A stretch of DNA of 32,000 nt, from NCBI RefSeq assembly GCF_000020225.1, contig NC_010655.1:1980001-2012000 (forward strand). The letters run 5' to 3'. Below, piece by piece: positions 1-10,252 of this stretch. This DNA is from Akkermansia muciniphila ATCC BAA-835 (GTDB lineage Bacteria; Verrucomicrobiota; Verrucomicrobiia; Verrucomicrobiales; Akkermansiaceae). A program made the position numbers and the translations under genes. The notes beneath the pieces are model-generated. The model ran no database searches. It saw nothing but the letters and a program-made list of their open reading frames with translations, and was not told where the DNA came from. Numbering within the stretch: the first letter of the stretch is position 1; each line of letters starts with the position of its first letter.

Positions 1-1671
1 TATCTGCGCAGCCAGGCCAGGACGCATGATGCCACGGCCATGACTGCGGCGGAACGCGGCGTGAATATTTCCGTGGATCCCGGTCCTGCAGACAGCGTTT
101 CCGCCAGGGACGCCGCCGCCAAGAGAATTACGCTTAATCTTCAGAATGTACCTCTTCGTGAGGCCCTGGAATACGTGGCGCGCGCATCCGGCCTTATTCT
201 GCGGACAAATGCCTTTGGTGCGGAACTGGTATCCAGTTCAGACGGAACTTCCTACATGGTCACCAAGTCCATTACCCTTCCGCCGGGCTTCTTTTCCGGA
301 TTGTCGGAGGACTCTGGCGCCGAAAATTCAGACCCCTTCAGTTCCGGTGATTCCGGTTCTTCCGGCATGACCCTGAAACGGGTGGATCCGCAAAAGGCGC
401 TGGCTTCCATGGGGGTGAAATTCCCGGAAGGCAGTTTCATTAAATACAACTCGGGCAACTCCACTCTTCTTTTCCATGGCACGCCCAGAGATTTGAGCAT
501 GCTGGAGGAGCTGGTAGCGGCCAGGACTGCGGAACAGCCCCTCCAGGTGGTGGTCAGCGCGACCTTTCTGGAAGTCAATCAGACGGACTTGGAGGAATTG
601 GGCTTTAACTGGATCGTCAATCTGAACCTGGACCCTACCAAGTGGTTCATGGGCGGCGCGGGAACCGATAAAAATGACTATAACAATTCCGTGCTGGACA
701 GCGCCGCCAATGTGGCCGGAGCCGTCGCTCCCGCAGGAGTGGTGGGCGGGCTGCGTTCCGGCAACCAGGTTTTTACGGAAGATAGCATTGACAGCATGAT
801 AGAACGCGGCACTTCCGCCAGAAGTTCTGATGCGACCTATGTTCCCGGCGGCGCTCCCAGCATCGTCACTCTGCGCGGCATGTGGAGTCACGCGGATATC
901 ACGATGATTATGCGCGGCCTGAGCCAGAAAAAAGGCACAGACATTATGCAGCATCCTTCCGTGATTGTGCGCCCCGGTGAAAAAGCCACCTTTTTCAGCG
1001 GCAGGGAACTGATTTACCCTACGGAATATGATCCGCCTGAAGTTCCCAACAGCACGGGCAATAATAATGACTGGGGCGACAATGACAATAACGGCGGCGG
1101 TATTCCGGTCATGCCCATGACTCCCGCCCATCCCTCTGCCTTTGAAACCAGGCAGCTCGGCACGATCTTCAATGTGGAAGTGACCGGCATCAGCGATGAC
1201 AAATCCATCGTGGAAATGACCGTAGTGCCGGAAATCGTGGATTTTGACGGTTTCATCAACTACGGCACGTCGCTTTTCGTTCCCATGGTCTCCCAGGAAA
1301 AGGACGCAAAGGAAGAAGTCGTCATGGTGAAAACTTCAGACAACTTCATTCTTCAGCCCGTGTTTTCCACGCGGCGCCTGACCGCTCCGGTGCGCATAGC
1401 CACCGGCAATACGCTCGTCATCGGCGCCTTGAAAAAATCCACTTCCATTACGTATGAGGATAAAATTCCCGTTCTGGGGGATATTCCCTGGGTGGGGCGT
1501 CTTTTCCGTTCCAAGGGGTCCAAGGAACAGCGCAAGGCCATCATCATCATGGTAAAGGCGGAAGTGGTGGATCCGGGCGGCAAGAAGCTTTATACGCCGG
1601 ATACTTCCATTCCGGACGATGAGGTCCCGGCAGGGGACGCTTCGCTCCCCGCCCTCAGCAATGCCCAGTAA
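1..1671 (+). CDS. Secretin-family outer-membrane channel (GspD/PilQ-like); N-terminus lies upstream of the window
   Basis: Frame 1 is open from base 1, with no stop before the first ATG at 40. The C-terminal region carries the secretin-domain signature IPVLGDIPWVGRLFRSKGSKEQRKAIIIMVKAEVV. An Asn/Asp/Gly-rich insert (NSTGNNNDWGDNDNNGGG) is present. Confidence 0.85.
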   Translation, partial: YLRSQARTHDATAMTAAERGVNISVDPGPADSVSARDAAAKRITLNLQNVPLREALEYVARASGLILRTNAFGAELVSSSDGTSYMVTKSITLPPGFFSGLSEDSGAENSDPFSSGDSGSSGMTLKRVDPQKALASMGVKFPEGSFIKYNSGNSTLLFHGTPRDLSMLEELVAARTAEQPLQVVVSATFLEVNQTDLEELGFNWIVNLNLDPTKWFMGGAGTDKNDYNNSVLDSAANVAGAVAPAGVVGGLRSGNQVFTEDSIDSMIERGTSARSSDATYVPGGAPSIVTLRGMWSHADITMIMRGLSQKKGTDIMQHPSVIVRPGEKATFFSGRELIYPTEYDPPEVPNSTGNNNDWGDNDNNGGGIPVMPMTPAHPSAFETRQLGTIFNVEVTGISDDKSIVEMTVVPEIVDFDGFINYGTSLFVPMVSQEKDAKEEVVMVKTSDNFILQPVFSTRRLTAPVRIATGNTLVIGALKKSTSITYEDKIPVLGDIPWVGRLFRSKGSKEQRKAIIIMVKAEVVDPGGKKLYTPDTSIPDDEVPAGDASLPALSNAQ

Positions 1672-1749
1672 CCTTTAACCGGATCAAGACCATTGAAAAA
1701 CAGCGGTTCCGATTTTGAGTCTTCTCCGCCCCAGGGGGCTGATAATATC

Positions 1750-3333
1750 ATGCGTCAGCTGCATGCGTCGGATTCCCACGGAGTAGAACGGAGAAGGGAA
1801 GTAGTAGTGCGCCCGGACGGCAGCAAGGTGATCCGGGTGGAAAAGCGTCGGCGGACTTACAGTGACGACCAGCGGGACGCCAAACAGGCCATGTTGAAAA
1901 ACAAGCGTTTTTTAATAGGCCTTTGCATTCTGGTTCTGCTGGCTGCCGGTGCGCTGGCGGGGACGTATATGTACCGCCTTACTTCTTTCAATACGGAGGA
2001 ATTTGCTGGCCGTCTGCAAGCTGATCTTTCCGCCGCCTGGGGCGGAGAAGTGAAAATTTCCGGAATGGCGGTGGATGGCCTTACCATGAAGGCTTCACGC
2101 ATCAGGATATCCTTTCCGGAAGATTCCTGCCTGTCCTTTGTGGCGATGGAAGGCATCTCCGGGGAAATTTCCGCCGTGCCCTTGTTCATGGGGAAAATCA
2201 AGGGGGAAAGCCTTAATGTGTCCAGGGCGGTAGTCGGTTTGCGGCCCGGATTCGTTAAATTTGCCGTACCGCAGACGAAACGGGAATTGCCGTTCGTTTT
2301 CCGGCGATACACAGCGCCGCGTCTGGAAGTGGGGTATGCCCATGGGACGGAAGAATTTACTCTGGAGAGGAATGGCGCTCCCTTTTATATGACGGCGGAA
2401 GCCTACATCCGCACGTCCGGGAACGGACCTGAACCGGAATACGTGCTGGATCTGTCACAGCAAAAATTGAAAATCAAGGGCTGGCCACTGATGGGGGTTG
2501 ATTCCGGTTCCGTCATTCTAAACGGGAGCGGCGTCAAGCAGCTCACTTTTTCCGGTTTTCTGGACAAAGGGCGCCTGCTCAATAAGCCTACGGATCTCAG
2601 CCCCTTCATGATTACGGGGAATTTCCTTCTGGGTACGGATTTCCGTCACCAGGCGTGGACTTTGACAGGAAAAAATTTCGATCTCGCTTCCCTGCTGGGA
2701 GATGATTTCTCTTCCCTTCTCAAGGTGCAGACGGGAGAACAGGAAGGGGATGAAAAGCATGAATTGAAGCTGGATTTTGCTTTGCCTGTAACAACTGAAC
2801 AGAAGAGGCCCTCCCTAAAAGGATACAGCGGTTCCGTTATCAAGGCGACCATGATCAGGCTGCCTGTTTTGCGCCTGCTGGCGGCCATGACTGCCCGGAA
2901 TACGGAAATAAGGCTGCCGTACTCTTCTCCCGTCTTTACGTCCGGTTCTTTCCTGCTGGAAAGCGATGGAACGGGCCGTTCCGCCTCCCTGAAGGAAATT
3001 TCCCTGTTTGAGCAGGGCTTTCTGGGAGTGACCGGGGGGGTGTACAGCAACGGTACTTCCTTGACGGGGAAGCTGGTTTTTAAAATTCCTTCCTACATGG
3101 TGGACAGTCGGAAACTGCCTTCCGGCGTGACGCAGGAAGGGCATGAAATTATTCTTCCTGTGAAAATTTCCGGTACTCCGGAGTCTCCACAGGACAACTC
3201 TGCCGGAATGTTCCAGGAAGAGGCGCCGCGCACGGGCCGCCCGGAAATGCATACCGCTCCTTCCCGTGGAATAGCTCTTCCAGCTCCGTCAAATTCCTCT
3301 CCTTCCCGTATTACGGTAGACGGATTCATGTGA
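1750..3333 (+). CDS. Hypothetical membrane-anchored protein (single N-terminal TM helix), family unknown
   Basis: The ORF is open from TTG 1693 and the first ATG is at 1750 (MRQLHASD). A basic N-terminus is followed by a hydrophobic helix (FLIGLCILVLLAAGALAGTYMY) and about 440 aa with no motif I recognise. It lies directly downstream of the secretin on the same strand. The start codon is uncertain. Confidence 0.6.
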   Translation: MRQLHASDSHGVERRREVVVRPDGSKVIRVEKRRRTYSDDQRDAKQAMLKNKRFLIGLCILVLLAAGALAGTYMYRLTSFNTEEFAGRLQADLSAAWGGEVKISGMAVDGLTMKASRIRISFPEDSCLSFVAMEGISGEISAVPLFMGKIKGESLNVSRAVVGLRPGFVKFAVPQTKRELPFVFRRYTAPRLEVGYAHGTEEFTLERNGAPFYMTAEAYIRTSGNGPEPEYVLDLSQQKLKIKGWPLMGVDSGSVILNGSGVKQLTFSGFLDKGRLLNKPTDLSPFMITGNFLLGTDFRHQAWTLTGKNFDLASLLGDDFSSLLKVQTGEQEGDEKHELKLDFALPVTTEQKRPSLKGYSGSVIKATMIRLPVLRLLAAMTARNTEIRLPYSSPVFTSGSFLLESDGTGRSASLKEISLFEQGFLGVTGGVYSNGTSLTGKLVFKIPSYMVDSRKLPSGVTQEGHEIILPVKISGTPESPQDNSAGMFQEEAPRTGRPEMHTAPSRGIALPAPSNSSPSRITVDGFM

Positions 3334-3348
3334 TATTGCCAGGACTCC

Positions 3349-4077
3349 ATGCTGCTGCTCAATCCTATTGTTCGGAAAACATCTGAAAAGCGTTCCCGCT
3401 GGTGGACCAGGCTGGCCGGATTTGGCCTGTGGTCCGTACTCCAGCCCATTTGCATGAGCCTGAATATCCGTTCCATCAAGGAGGAGCATGATGATGTTTA
3501 TACGGCGCCTTTTCTGGTAGCCCTTTGGCACAACCGCACGATGGTGCCGGGTTATGCGTGGTCCCTGGCCCAGAAGCCGCTCAAGATGAGTGTGCTTACC
3601 AGCGCCAGCAAGGACGGCGCCCTGGTGGAGGCCGTATGCAGGCATTTTGGCCTGGGTGCCGTCCGGGGATCTTCCGGACGGCGGGGGGCTCTGGCCTACA
3701 TGGAAATGATGCGAAAGGTCCAGGAGGGGGACGTCTGCTTCTGTTTTACTCCGGATGGTCCGCGAGGCCCTATTTACGAAGTGCACCACGGTATTGTCAA
3801 ACTGGCCTCCCAGTCAGGGCTGCCCATCGTTCCCGTATGCATCGAATATGAAAGCTGCTGGCGTTTGAACAAGACCTGGGACCGCTATGCCATTCCCAAA
3901 CCGTGTTCCAACGTAAATATTCTATGGAAAAAGCGCCTGTTCATTCCTCCGGACGCGACGGATGAACAGGTGGCGGATTATGCCCGTCTTCTGGCCGGGC
4001 TGCTTGGCGAGGGGCTTCCGGACTTCCCGCCTCTTAACCAATCATTATTATGCAAATCATCGATGGAAAACAAGTAG
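3349..4077 (+). CDS. DUF374 / lysophospholipid-acyltransferase (LPLAT) superfamily protein
   Basis: The motifs [40 protein letters not shown] and FTPDGPRGP match my recollection of the DUF374 family pattern. The 3' end overlaps the folD start by 28 nt. Confidence 0.75.
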
Positions 4078-4925
4078 CTTCCCAGGTGCTGGAAGAGGTT
4101 GAAAGGGATATTGCCCGGCTCAGGGAACAGGGAATAACGCCCGGCTTGGCCGTGGTTCTGGTAGGGGAAGATCCCGCTTCCCAGGTATATGTAAATTCCA
4201 AGGTGAAAAAGTGTGCGGAGCTGGGGATGAATTCCCGTAAAATAGTTCTCCCTTCCGACGCCTCCCAGGAAGAACTGCTCCGGATTGTCCGTGAATTGAA
4301 CGTGGATCCTTCCGTCCACGGCATACTGGTGCAAAGCCCGCCTCCCCCCCATATCGACGAGGCGGCCGTGGTCCTGGAAATAGACCCTGCCAAGGATGTG
4401 GACGGCTTCCATCCGGAGAATGTCGCCAAGCTGGTGCTGGAAGATGAGACCGGTTTTGTACCCTGTACCCCTCTGGGCTGTATGAGGCTGTTAAAGGCCG
4501 CCGGCATTGAAACGGCGGGAGCGAATGCCGTGGTCATTGGCCGCAGCATGATTGTGGGCAAACCGATGGCGCATCTTTTGATGTCCAAACAGGCAAACGC
4601 TACCGTAACCGTGGCTCATTCCCGTACGAAAAACCTGCCGGAACTTTGCCGTTCCGCTGATATCATCGTGGCAGCCATAGGCCGGCCCGCTTTTGTGACG
4701 GCTGATTTTGTGAAAGACGGCGCCGTAGTGGTGGATGTGGGCATCAACCGCGTGGAAGATGCCTCCGCCAAGCGCGGCTACCGGATTGTGGGAGACGTAG
4801 CCTATGACGAGGTGGCTCCCAAGTGCCGGGCCATTACTCCCGTGCCCGGCGGCGTGGGGCCGATGACTATCGCCATGTTGATGGCTAATACGGTCAAAGC
4901 GTGCCGCCAGCAGACGGGAGCCTGA
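4050..4925 (+). CDS. folD: Bifunctional methylenetetrahydrofolate dehydrogenase / methenyl-THF cyclohydrolase
   Basis: A full-length 291-aa FolD-like sequence: [73 protein letters not shown]. Confidence 0.95.
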
Positions 4926-4992
4926 CGAAAATGCCGTGACGTCCGTTTTTCTTGTCAAATGAAGGAAAGTAGGGCAGTATTCAGTTACCATT

Positions 4993-5775
4993 ATGTCAAG
5001 TAAATTACTCGAAGGCAAAGTTGGTGTCGTAGTCGGCGTAGCGAACAAGCGCAGCATCGCGTTCGCAATTGCCAAGGCGTGGCATGAAGCGGGCGCAAAG
5101 CTCATCTTCAATTATCAGGGAGAACGTCTCAAGGACGGAGTTCTCAAGCTGATCCATGAGAACTTCGGAGAGGATGTTCCCGTTTATGATCTGGATGTCA
5201 GCAGTGATGAATCTGTTAACGCTTTCTTTGAAAGGGTCCGCCAGCATACGGATAAAGTAGATTGTCTGCTGCATTCCGTGGCTTTTGCCCCGAAGGAGGC
5301 TCTTGGCGGCAGTTTCCTGGAAACGGGCCGCGAGGCGTTCAAGATTTCCCTGGATATCTCCGCTTATTCCCTGGTAGCTCTTTCCCGCGCCGTGGAACCC
5401 ATGATGTCCGACAACGGCAGCATTTTGGCGATGTCCTATCTGGGATCCGAAAAAGTGGTTCCTAACTACAATCTGATGGGAGTTTCCAAAGCTGCCCTGG
5501 AAGCCTGCACCCGTTATCTGGCTTATGATTTGGGCCGTTCCCGCGGTATCCGTGTCAATTGCATCAGTGCAGGCCCCATGCAGACGCTGGCTGCTCGCGG
5601 CGTTTCCGGTTTTAACACCATGTTCAAGGTGTATGAGGAGCATGCCCCTCTGGGCCGTTCCTGCACGGGTGAGGAATTGGGAGCCACCGGCGTTTTCCTG
5701 GCCAGTGACGGCGCAGCCGCAATCACCGGGCAGGTGATTTACGTGGACGGCGGTTATCAGATCATGGGAATGTAA
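4993..5775 (+). CDS. fabI: Enoyl-[acyl-carrier-protein] reductase (NADH), FabI type
   Basis: A 260-aa SDR with FabI hallmarks: LEGKVGVVVGVANKRSIAF, HSVAFAP, YNLMGVSKAALEA, IRVNCISAGP, TGQVIYVDGGY. Confidence 0.95.
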   Translation: MSSKLLEGKVGVVVGVANKRSIAFAIAKAWHEAGAKLIFNYQGERLKDGVLKLIHENFGEDVPVYDLDVSSDESVNAFFERVRQHTDKVDCLLHSVAFAPKEALGGSFLETGREAFKISLDISAYSLVALSRAVEPMMSDNGSILAMSYLGSEKVVPNYNLMGVSKAALEACTRYLAYDLGRSRGIRVNCISAGPMQTLAARGVSGFNTMFKVYEEHAPLGRSCTGEELGATGVFLASDGAAAITGQVIYVDGGYQIMGM

Positions 5776-5806
5776 CGCGTTCCTTGCGGAAGCTTTCTTC
5801 CTGTTC

Positions 5807-5839
5807 ACAAGCCGTACCGGTTTTTCCGGTACGGCTTGT
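5807..5839. terminator. Bidirectional hairpin terminator between convergent fabI and lipid-kinase genes
   Basis: A perfect 14-bp stem, ACAAGCCGTACCGG (5807-5820) pairing with CCGGTACGGCTTGT (5826-5839), with a TTTTT loop. It lies between the fabI stop (5775) and the minus-strand stop at 5918. Confidence 0.7.
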
Positions 5840-5917
5840 TTACGGTTTCATGGAGAAGGTAAGGGGGGCTGGGGGCTTCCTGGCTTCTGTCGGAAAGGCC
5901 TGTTTCCCCGCTGCGTT

Positions 5918-6775
5918 TCAGGGGACGAACACTTTCAGCGAGCCGGGGCGGGTAATGCGGACCGGAGCGTTTCCTGCATAATCGCCGTCCAGTTCGCAGG
6001 AGGCCTGTCCGGCGGAGGTGACGGATCCCCCCGTCATCCGGATGTATTCAAAACTGCCGCTCCTCCGGGAATGAAAGCCCCCATGGACTGCGGCCATCAG
6101 GAATTCCCCGATGATGGAAGTAATGGAATGCCTGAATACTACTGCGTCCAGAAGGCCGTCACTGTTGTCCGCTTCAGCAAAGAAGTTAAGCGGCCCGCCA
6201 TACTTGCGTCCATTGCCGAAGATGATGAAGCGGCCTTCCAATACCCGGCCTTCATCTGTGGTCAGGGTGAGGTGCGGCTGTTTTTCCGTACAGACGCGGG
6301 CGCCGGCAATTACGTAGGCAAGGGCTTTCCATTTTTTTTTCATTTCCCATGTGGTCAGTTCTACGGCTCGGGCATCCGCGCCAATGCCCGCCATTTGGAG
6401 AAAAACTTGCCCGTTGAATGCGAACAGGTCCACATTTTTGGAACGCCCCGTGTTCAGAATGTGCAGGGCGTGGTCGAAATCCGGGCGGATTCCTATTTCC
6501 CGTGAAAAAACATTCATGGTACCCGCAGGGAAGGGGGCCAGCACCGTTTCCGTATTGCAGAGGGCCCTTGCCGCGATTCCCAGCGTGCCGTCTCCCCCAG
6601 CCACAGCCACGGCAGGCGCTCCGGAATTAGCCTGAGAAACCAAATGGTTCAACATGTCTTCCCTGCTTTCCGGTTCAATGACGTCAAAAAAATCCCGGTG
6701 CCGATCCAGCCAGCGGCGGAATCGTCCGGATCTGGCGCTGCGCGCCGTGTTATTGAAAAACAGGGGAATTTTCAT
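5918..6775 (-). CDS. Diacylglycerol-kinase-family lipid kinase (YegS/BmrU-like)
   Basis: 285 aa with the GGDGTLG nucleotide-binding motif (AVAGGDGTLGIAARA) and DAGK catalytic-domain layout. The start overlaps the upstream gene's stop as ATGA (6772-6775). Confidence 0.85.
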   Translation of the reverse strand: MKIPLFFNNTARSARSGRFRRWLDRHRDFFDVIEPESREDMLNHLVSQANSGAPAVAVAGGDGTLGIAARALCNTETVLAPFPAGTMNVFSREIGIRPDFDHALHILNTGRSKNVDLFAFNGQVFLQMAGIGADARAVELTTWEMKKKWKALAYVIAGARVCTEKQPHLTLTTDEGRVLEGRFIIFGNGRKYGGPLNFFAEADNSDGLLDAVVFRHSITSIIGEFLMAAVHGGFHSRRSGSFEYIRMTGGSVTSAGQASCELDGDYAGNAPVRITRPGSLKVFVP

Positions 6776-7911
6776 GGAGCGGACACGAAGAAGTTCAAAA
6801 TCTGAACCGGGGCCTCCGTGTGTGCCACAGGTTCATGGCGCACGGTTCCGTCAGGCAGCTTGAACTCCAGCATGCCGCGGGAAATATTGTCCGGCAGGAG
6901 TACCTCAAGAAACTTCCTCATGTCGTCGGACGGTCCGGGTGTAATGCCTTCCGCCAGAACTTTCCCTTCTTCCGATTTGAGGACGACGTGCAAGGGAAGC
7001 CTTCTGGCACCGTTTTTTCTCTCTTCCCTGATGTCCAGCATCAGCCGGCTGCCGGGCACATATTCCGGTTGGGCCGCCACCCATTCATTCGCCAGTTTCA
7101 TGTAGCGGTCCGTGATATTGACGGCGGGGACGGTACGGCTTTCCGGAGGGAAAGCCAGCGCGTGCCGTTTGTCGTCGTAGCGGGCTTCCCATATCATAGG
7201 GAAAAAGGCTCCTGAAGGTTCTTTTTTCCAGGAGGTGGCATAAATGGCGTTCTCCGGTTTGCGGGGATCCAGCATGCTGATGGCGGACATCACCCACGGG
7301 GTGTTGAAGTCCTTTTCATTGTATTCCAGCATTTTCCATTCTCCGTCACACCAGGCTTCCACCCAGTTGTGGTTGCCGCGCACGTGGTTCCAGGTAAGAA
7401 CGCCCGCCATGCGGGCCGGAATGCCCACGGAGCGAAGAGCGCAGATTAGCAGGATGCTTTGGCCCGTACAGGAGACCTTGCCGGATTGCAGGGATTCCTT
7501 GACTCCCTGGTGGGGAACTCTTCTCTCCGTGGAATAGCGTACATTCAGGGTTTTCTGGATGCGGGAGGCGATGGCGAGGGCGGCTTCCCGCCCCGTCTTG
7601 CATGGGGAAACAAGCGGTGCGAAGAGGTGATGGAACTGCTCCCTCCATTCGTCGCGCGGTTCGTTGACCACGGCATAAGGGAGAACGTTATTTTCATAAA
7701 GTTCCCACGGAACCTGGGCAGCCCAGGGGAATTGGCTCCGTGCAGCCAGGGCGAGGCGGACTTCCCGGACCAGCCTTTCTTGCGTAACCGTTCCCCTGTC
7801 CTGCGCGGGCATGTAGGCACGCAGAAACTCCACCCCGTCCTGAATGGCGTCATGGGCGGCGCAAATAGCGGCGGTCAGGCCCGGGAGAAGGGCGAAAGGC
7901 AGCAGATTCAT
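6772..7911 (-). CDS. Transglutaminase-like (Cys-His-Asp) domain protein, secreted
   Basis: N-terminal signal-like segment MNLLPFALLPGLTAAICAAHDA. Transglutaminase core: GKVSCTGQSILLICALRSVGIPARMAG, then HNWVEAWCDGEWKMLE. Confidence 0.8.
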   Translation of the reverse strand: MNLLPFALLPGLTAAICAAHDAIQDGVEFLRAYMPAQDRGTVTQERLVREVRLALAARSQFPWAAQVPWELYENNVLPYAVVNEPRDEWREQFHHLFAPLVSPCKTGREAALAIASRIQKTLNVRYSTERRVPHQGVKESLQSGKVSCTGQSILLICALRSVGIPARMAGVLTWNHVRGNHNWVEAWCDGEWKMLEYNEKDFNTPWVMSAISMLDPRKPENAIYATSWKKEPSGAFFPMIWEARYDDKRHALAFPPESRTVPAVNITDRYMKLANEWVAAQPEYVPGSRLMLDIREERKNGARRLPLHVVLKSEEGKVLAEGITPGPSDDMRKFLEVLLPDNISRGMLEFKLPDGTVRHEPVAHTEAPVQILNFFVSAP

Positions 7912-7923
7912 GAACGTTGAAAT

Positions 7924-8982
7924 TCATACCTGAATTCCGGGAGGGAGACAAGCTTCCTCTTGCGCAAGAAGGGTATGGAAATGGGCAAAGAGATGCGTGT
8001 CTTCCGGCGGAGTGGGGGCAAAGGGTGCGTCGTTATCCAGAATATCCTCGCAAATGCGCATGAAATCGCGGGCGGTTTTCGCCCTTTTCATGTAATGGTC
8101 AAAAGTGTCGGGAAGTCCCCGCGCGGTATAAACCAGATATTTTTTCATGCGGTGGATGTGTTTTTCCTCCACATAATGTTCCTGCATTTCCCGCGTGCGT
8201 TCATAAAGGCGGCGAATGTAGTGCAGCACGTTCCGGAAGGTAAGGTCTGCTGCAGGATGGCCCTGAAAGCGGGAATGAAGCTGTGAAAATATCCAGGGAT
8301 TGCGCAGGGCTGCCCGCCCAATCATCAGCCCAGCTGGCCGGGCCAGCCGCACCCATGCCTCCGCTGTGGCTGCATCCACAATATTTCCGTTGGCGACTAC
8401 TGGGCATTTCAGCATTCCTGCGGCCCATTTCACCCATTCCGGGTGTACTGGGGAGCGGTAGCCCTCACGGACGGTGCGGGCGTGGATGCACACCCTGTCC
8501 GGGGAATGGGAGGCAATTACCGGAAGAATCCGTTCAAACTCGTCCGGCGTTTCGTATCCCAGGCGGCATTTGACGGTGAAGGCTCCGGGGGGCAATACGT
8601 CCCGAAGCGCTCCCAGGGCCGCGTCCATGGCCTTCAGGGACCGCAGCATGCCTCCGCCCGCATTTCTCCGGCATACGATGGGAGCGGGGCAGCCCATGTT
8701 CAGATCCACGCCTGCACAGGCGTGTTCCATCAGGACCTGCGCATCCCTTGCCAGGTATTCCGGTTCATGGCCCACGAGCTGTCCGTAAATGGGGCGGCCT
8801 GTAGGATTTTCATCAATGGAGCGCAGAATGTATGGCGACATCTTTTTATGATGGGCCACCGTCCGGAAATACTCCGTGATGAAATAATCCGGCAGGGAAT
8901 TCAAGTCCTTCAATGTGTTGAGGAAAGCCAGATCCGTCACATCTTTCATGGGGGCCAGGGCCAGGAGCATGGGTCTGTGCAT
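7924..8982 (-). CDS. tRNA-dihydrouridine synthase (Dus family)
   Basis: LAPMKDVTDLAFL, DLNMGCPAPIVCRRNAGGGMLR and the TIM-barrel flavoenzyme pattern. The longest ORF starts at 9054 but would overlap divergent ispH. I chose the ATG at 8982 (MHRPMLLALAPM); an ATG at 8970 is also possible. Confidence 0.85.
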   Translation of the reverse strand: MHRPMLLALAPMKDVTDLAFLNTLKDLNSLPDYFITEYFRTVAHHKKMSPYILRSIDENPTGRPIYGQLVGHEPEYLARDAQVLMEHACAGVDLNMGCPAPIVCRRNAGGGMLRSLKAMDAALGALRDVLPPGAFTVKCRLGYETPDEFERILPVIASHSPDRVCIHARTVREGYRSPVHPEWVKWAAGMLKCPVVANGNIVDAATAEAWVRLARPAGLMIGRAALRNPWIFSQLHSRFQGHPAADLTFRNVLHYIRRLYERTREMQEHYVEEKHIHRMKKYLVYTARGLPDTFDHYMKRAKTARDFMRICEDILDNDAPFAPTPPEDTHLFAHFHTLLAQEEACLPPGIQV

Positions 8983-9037
8983 ACCGTGAAAAGCTCCGGT
9001 TGGCAAGCTGTGATTGTCTTGACGAAAGAAGGAAAGT

Positions 9038-10252
9038 GTGGAAGCTGGGAGCATGAATCAGGACTCAACCCGCAAAGCCAGAGTGAATGTGAGACGGGCC
9101 GAAGTAATGGAGCAGGTGGAAAAGGAAATCCAGCAGCATTACCAGAGTGAATTGATTTCCCACATCCGTTCTGCGGGCAATGTGTACAATCTGGGCCATA
9201 CGGAATTTTTTCTCGCCCGGGAGTTCGGGTTCTGCAACGGCGTGCGCCGTGCTATTGATATAGCATATGCGGCACGCAGAGTGTTTCCTGACCGGCGGAT
9301 TTTTCTGATTGGGGACATTATTCACAATCCGGAAGTGAACCGGCAGCTGGAGGAAATGGGCATTCGAAAACTTCCCTGGAAGCAGTTGGATTCCTCCTAT
9401 GACCGGGTTGCTCCGGACGATGTGGTGATTATTCCCGCGTTCGGTGTTCCCACTCCTTTCATGGATGCGCTGGAGGAGAAGGGCGTGCAGATTGTGGATA
9501 CGACATGCGGGGACGTGATGAAGGTCTGGAAAAGAGTGAAGAATTACGCCGCCATGGGGATTACCTCCATTATCCACGGTAAGGCTACCCATGAGGAAAC
9601 CAGCGCTACGGCTTCCCGGGCTCTTGGGGAACGGGGAAGGGGGAAATACCTGGTGGTTTACGATTTGGAGGATGCCCGTATCCTGTGCGACTACATCATG
9701 GGCCGCGGAGACCGCGAGGCATTCCTGAAACGGTTTGAAGGATGCTGTTCCCCGGGATTCGATCCCGACCGGGATCTGGAGGAGGTTGGCATCGCCAACC
9801 AGACCACCATGTTGAAAACGGAGACGCAGACGCTCCAGAAGATGGTGAAGGATGCCATTGTTCAGAGGGATGGGGACGATGATAATTTTTATGTGTTTGA
9901 CACCATTTGCGGTGCTACCCAGGATCGCCAGGATGCCCTGTATGAACTGCTTAAAAATCCTCTGGACGTCATGTTTGTGGTGGGTGGCTACAACAGTTCC
10001 AACACAACGCATCTGGTGGATATTGCCAGGGAGCATGTGCCCACGTACTTCATTGAGTCCGCAGAATGCATCAAGTCCATCCAGTATGTGGATGCTTTTG
10101 ATACGAAGACGCGGGAAGTGCGCCGCATGACTACGGAACCGGTAGTGCAGAATCTGGGCAAATCCCTGAAGGTGGGAATTACGGCGGGCGCCTCATGTCC
10201 GGCCAACCTGATTGAGGCCACCATCCTCCGCATTGCGGATCTGCGCAAGTAG
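9038..10252 (+). CDS. ispH: 4-hydroxy-3-methylbut-2-enyl diphosphate reductase, long form
   Basis: FGFCNGVRRAI, DIIHNPEVN, VIIPAFGVP, TTCGDVMKVW, HGKATHEE, NQTTMLKTET, ICGATQDRQDA, VVGGYNSSNTTHL, ITAGASCP. About 400 aa with an N-terminal extension compared with the ~316-aa enterobacterial form. An alternative start is the ATG at 9053. Confidence 0.93.
   Translation: MEAGSMNQDSTRKARVNVRRAEVMEQVEKEIQQHYQSELISHIRSAGNVYNLGHTEFFLAREFGFCNGVRRAIDIAYAARRVFPDRRIFLIGDIIHNPEVNRQLEEMGIRKLPWKQLDSSYDRVAPDDVVIIPAFGVPTPFMDALEEKGVQIVDTTCGDVMKVWKRVKNYAAMGITSIIHGKATHEETSATASRALGERGRGKYLVVYDLEDARILCDYIMGRGDREAFLKRFEGCCSPGFDPDRDLEEVGIANQTTMLKTETQTLQKMVKDAIVQRDGDDDNFYVFDTICGATQDRQDALYELLKNPLDVMFVVGGYNSSNTTHLVDIAREHVPTYFIESAECIKSIQYVDAFDTKTREVRRMTTEPVVQNLGKSLKVGITAGASCPANLIEATILRIADLRK

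Noticed and set aside
8983-9054. Apparent head-to-head overlap of the dus and ispH coding regions
   Set aside because: This is an artefact of taking the longest ORFs. Internal ATGs at 8982/8970 (dus) and 9038/9053 (ispH) give a normal short divergent intergenic region.
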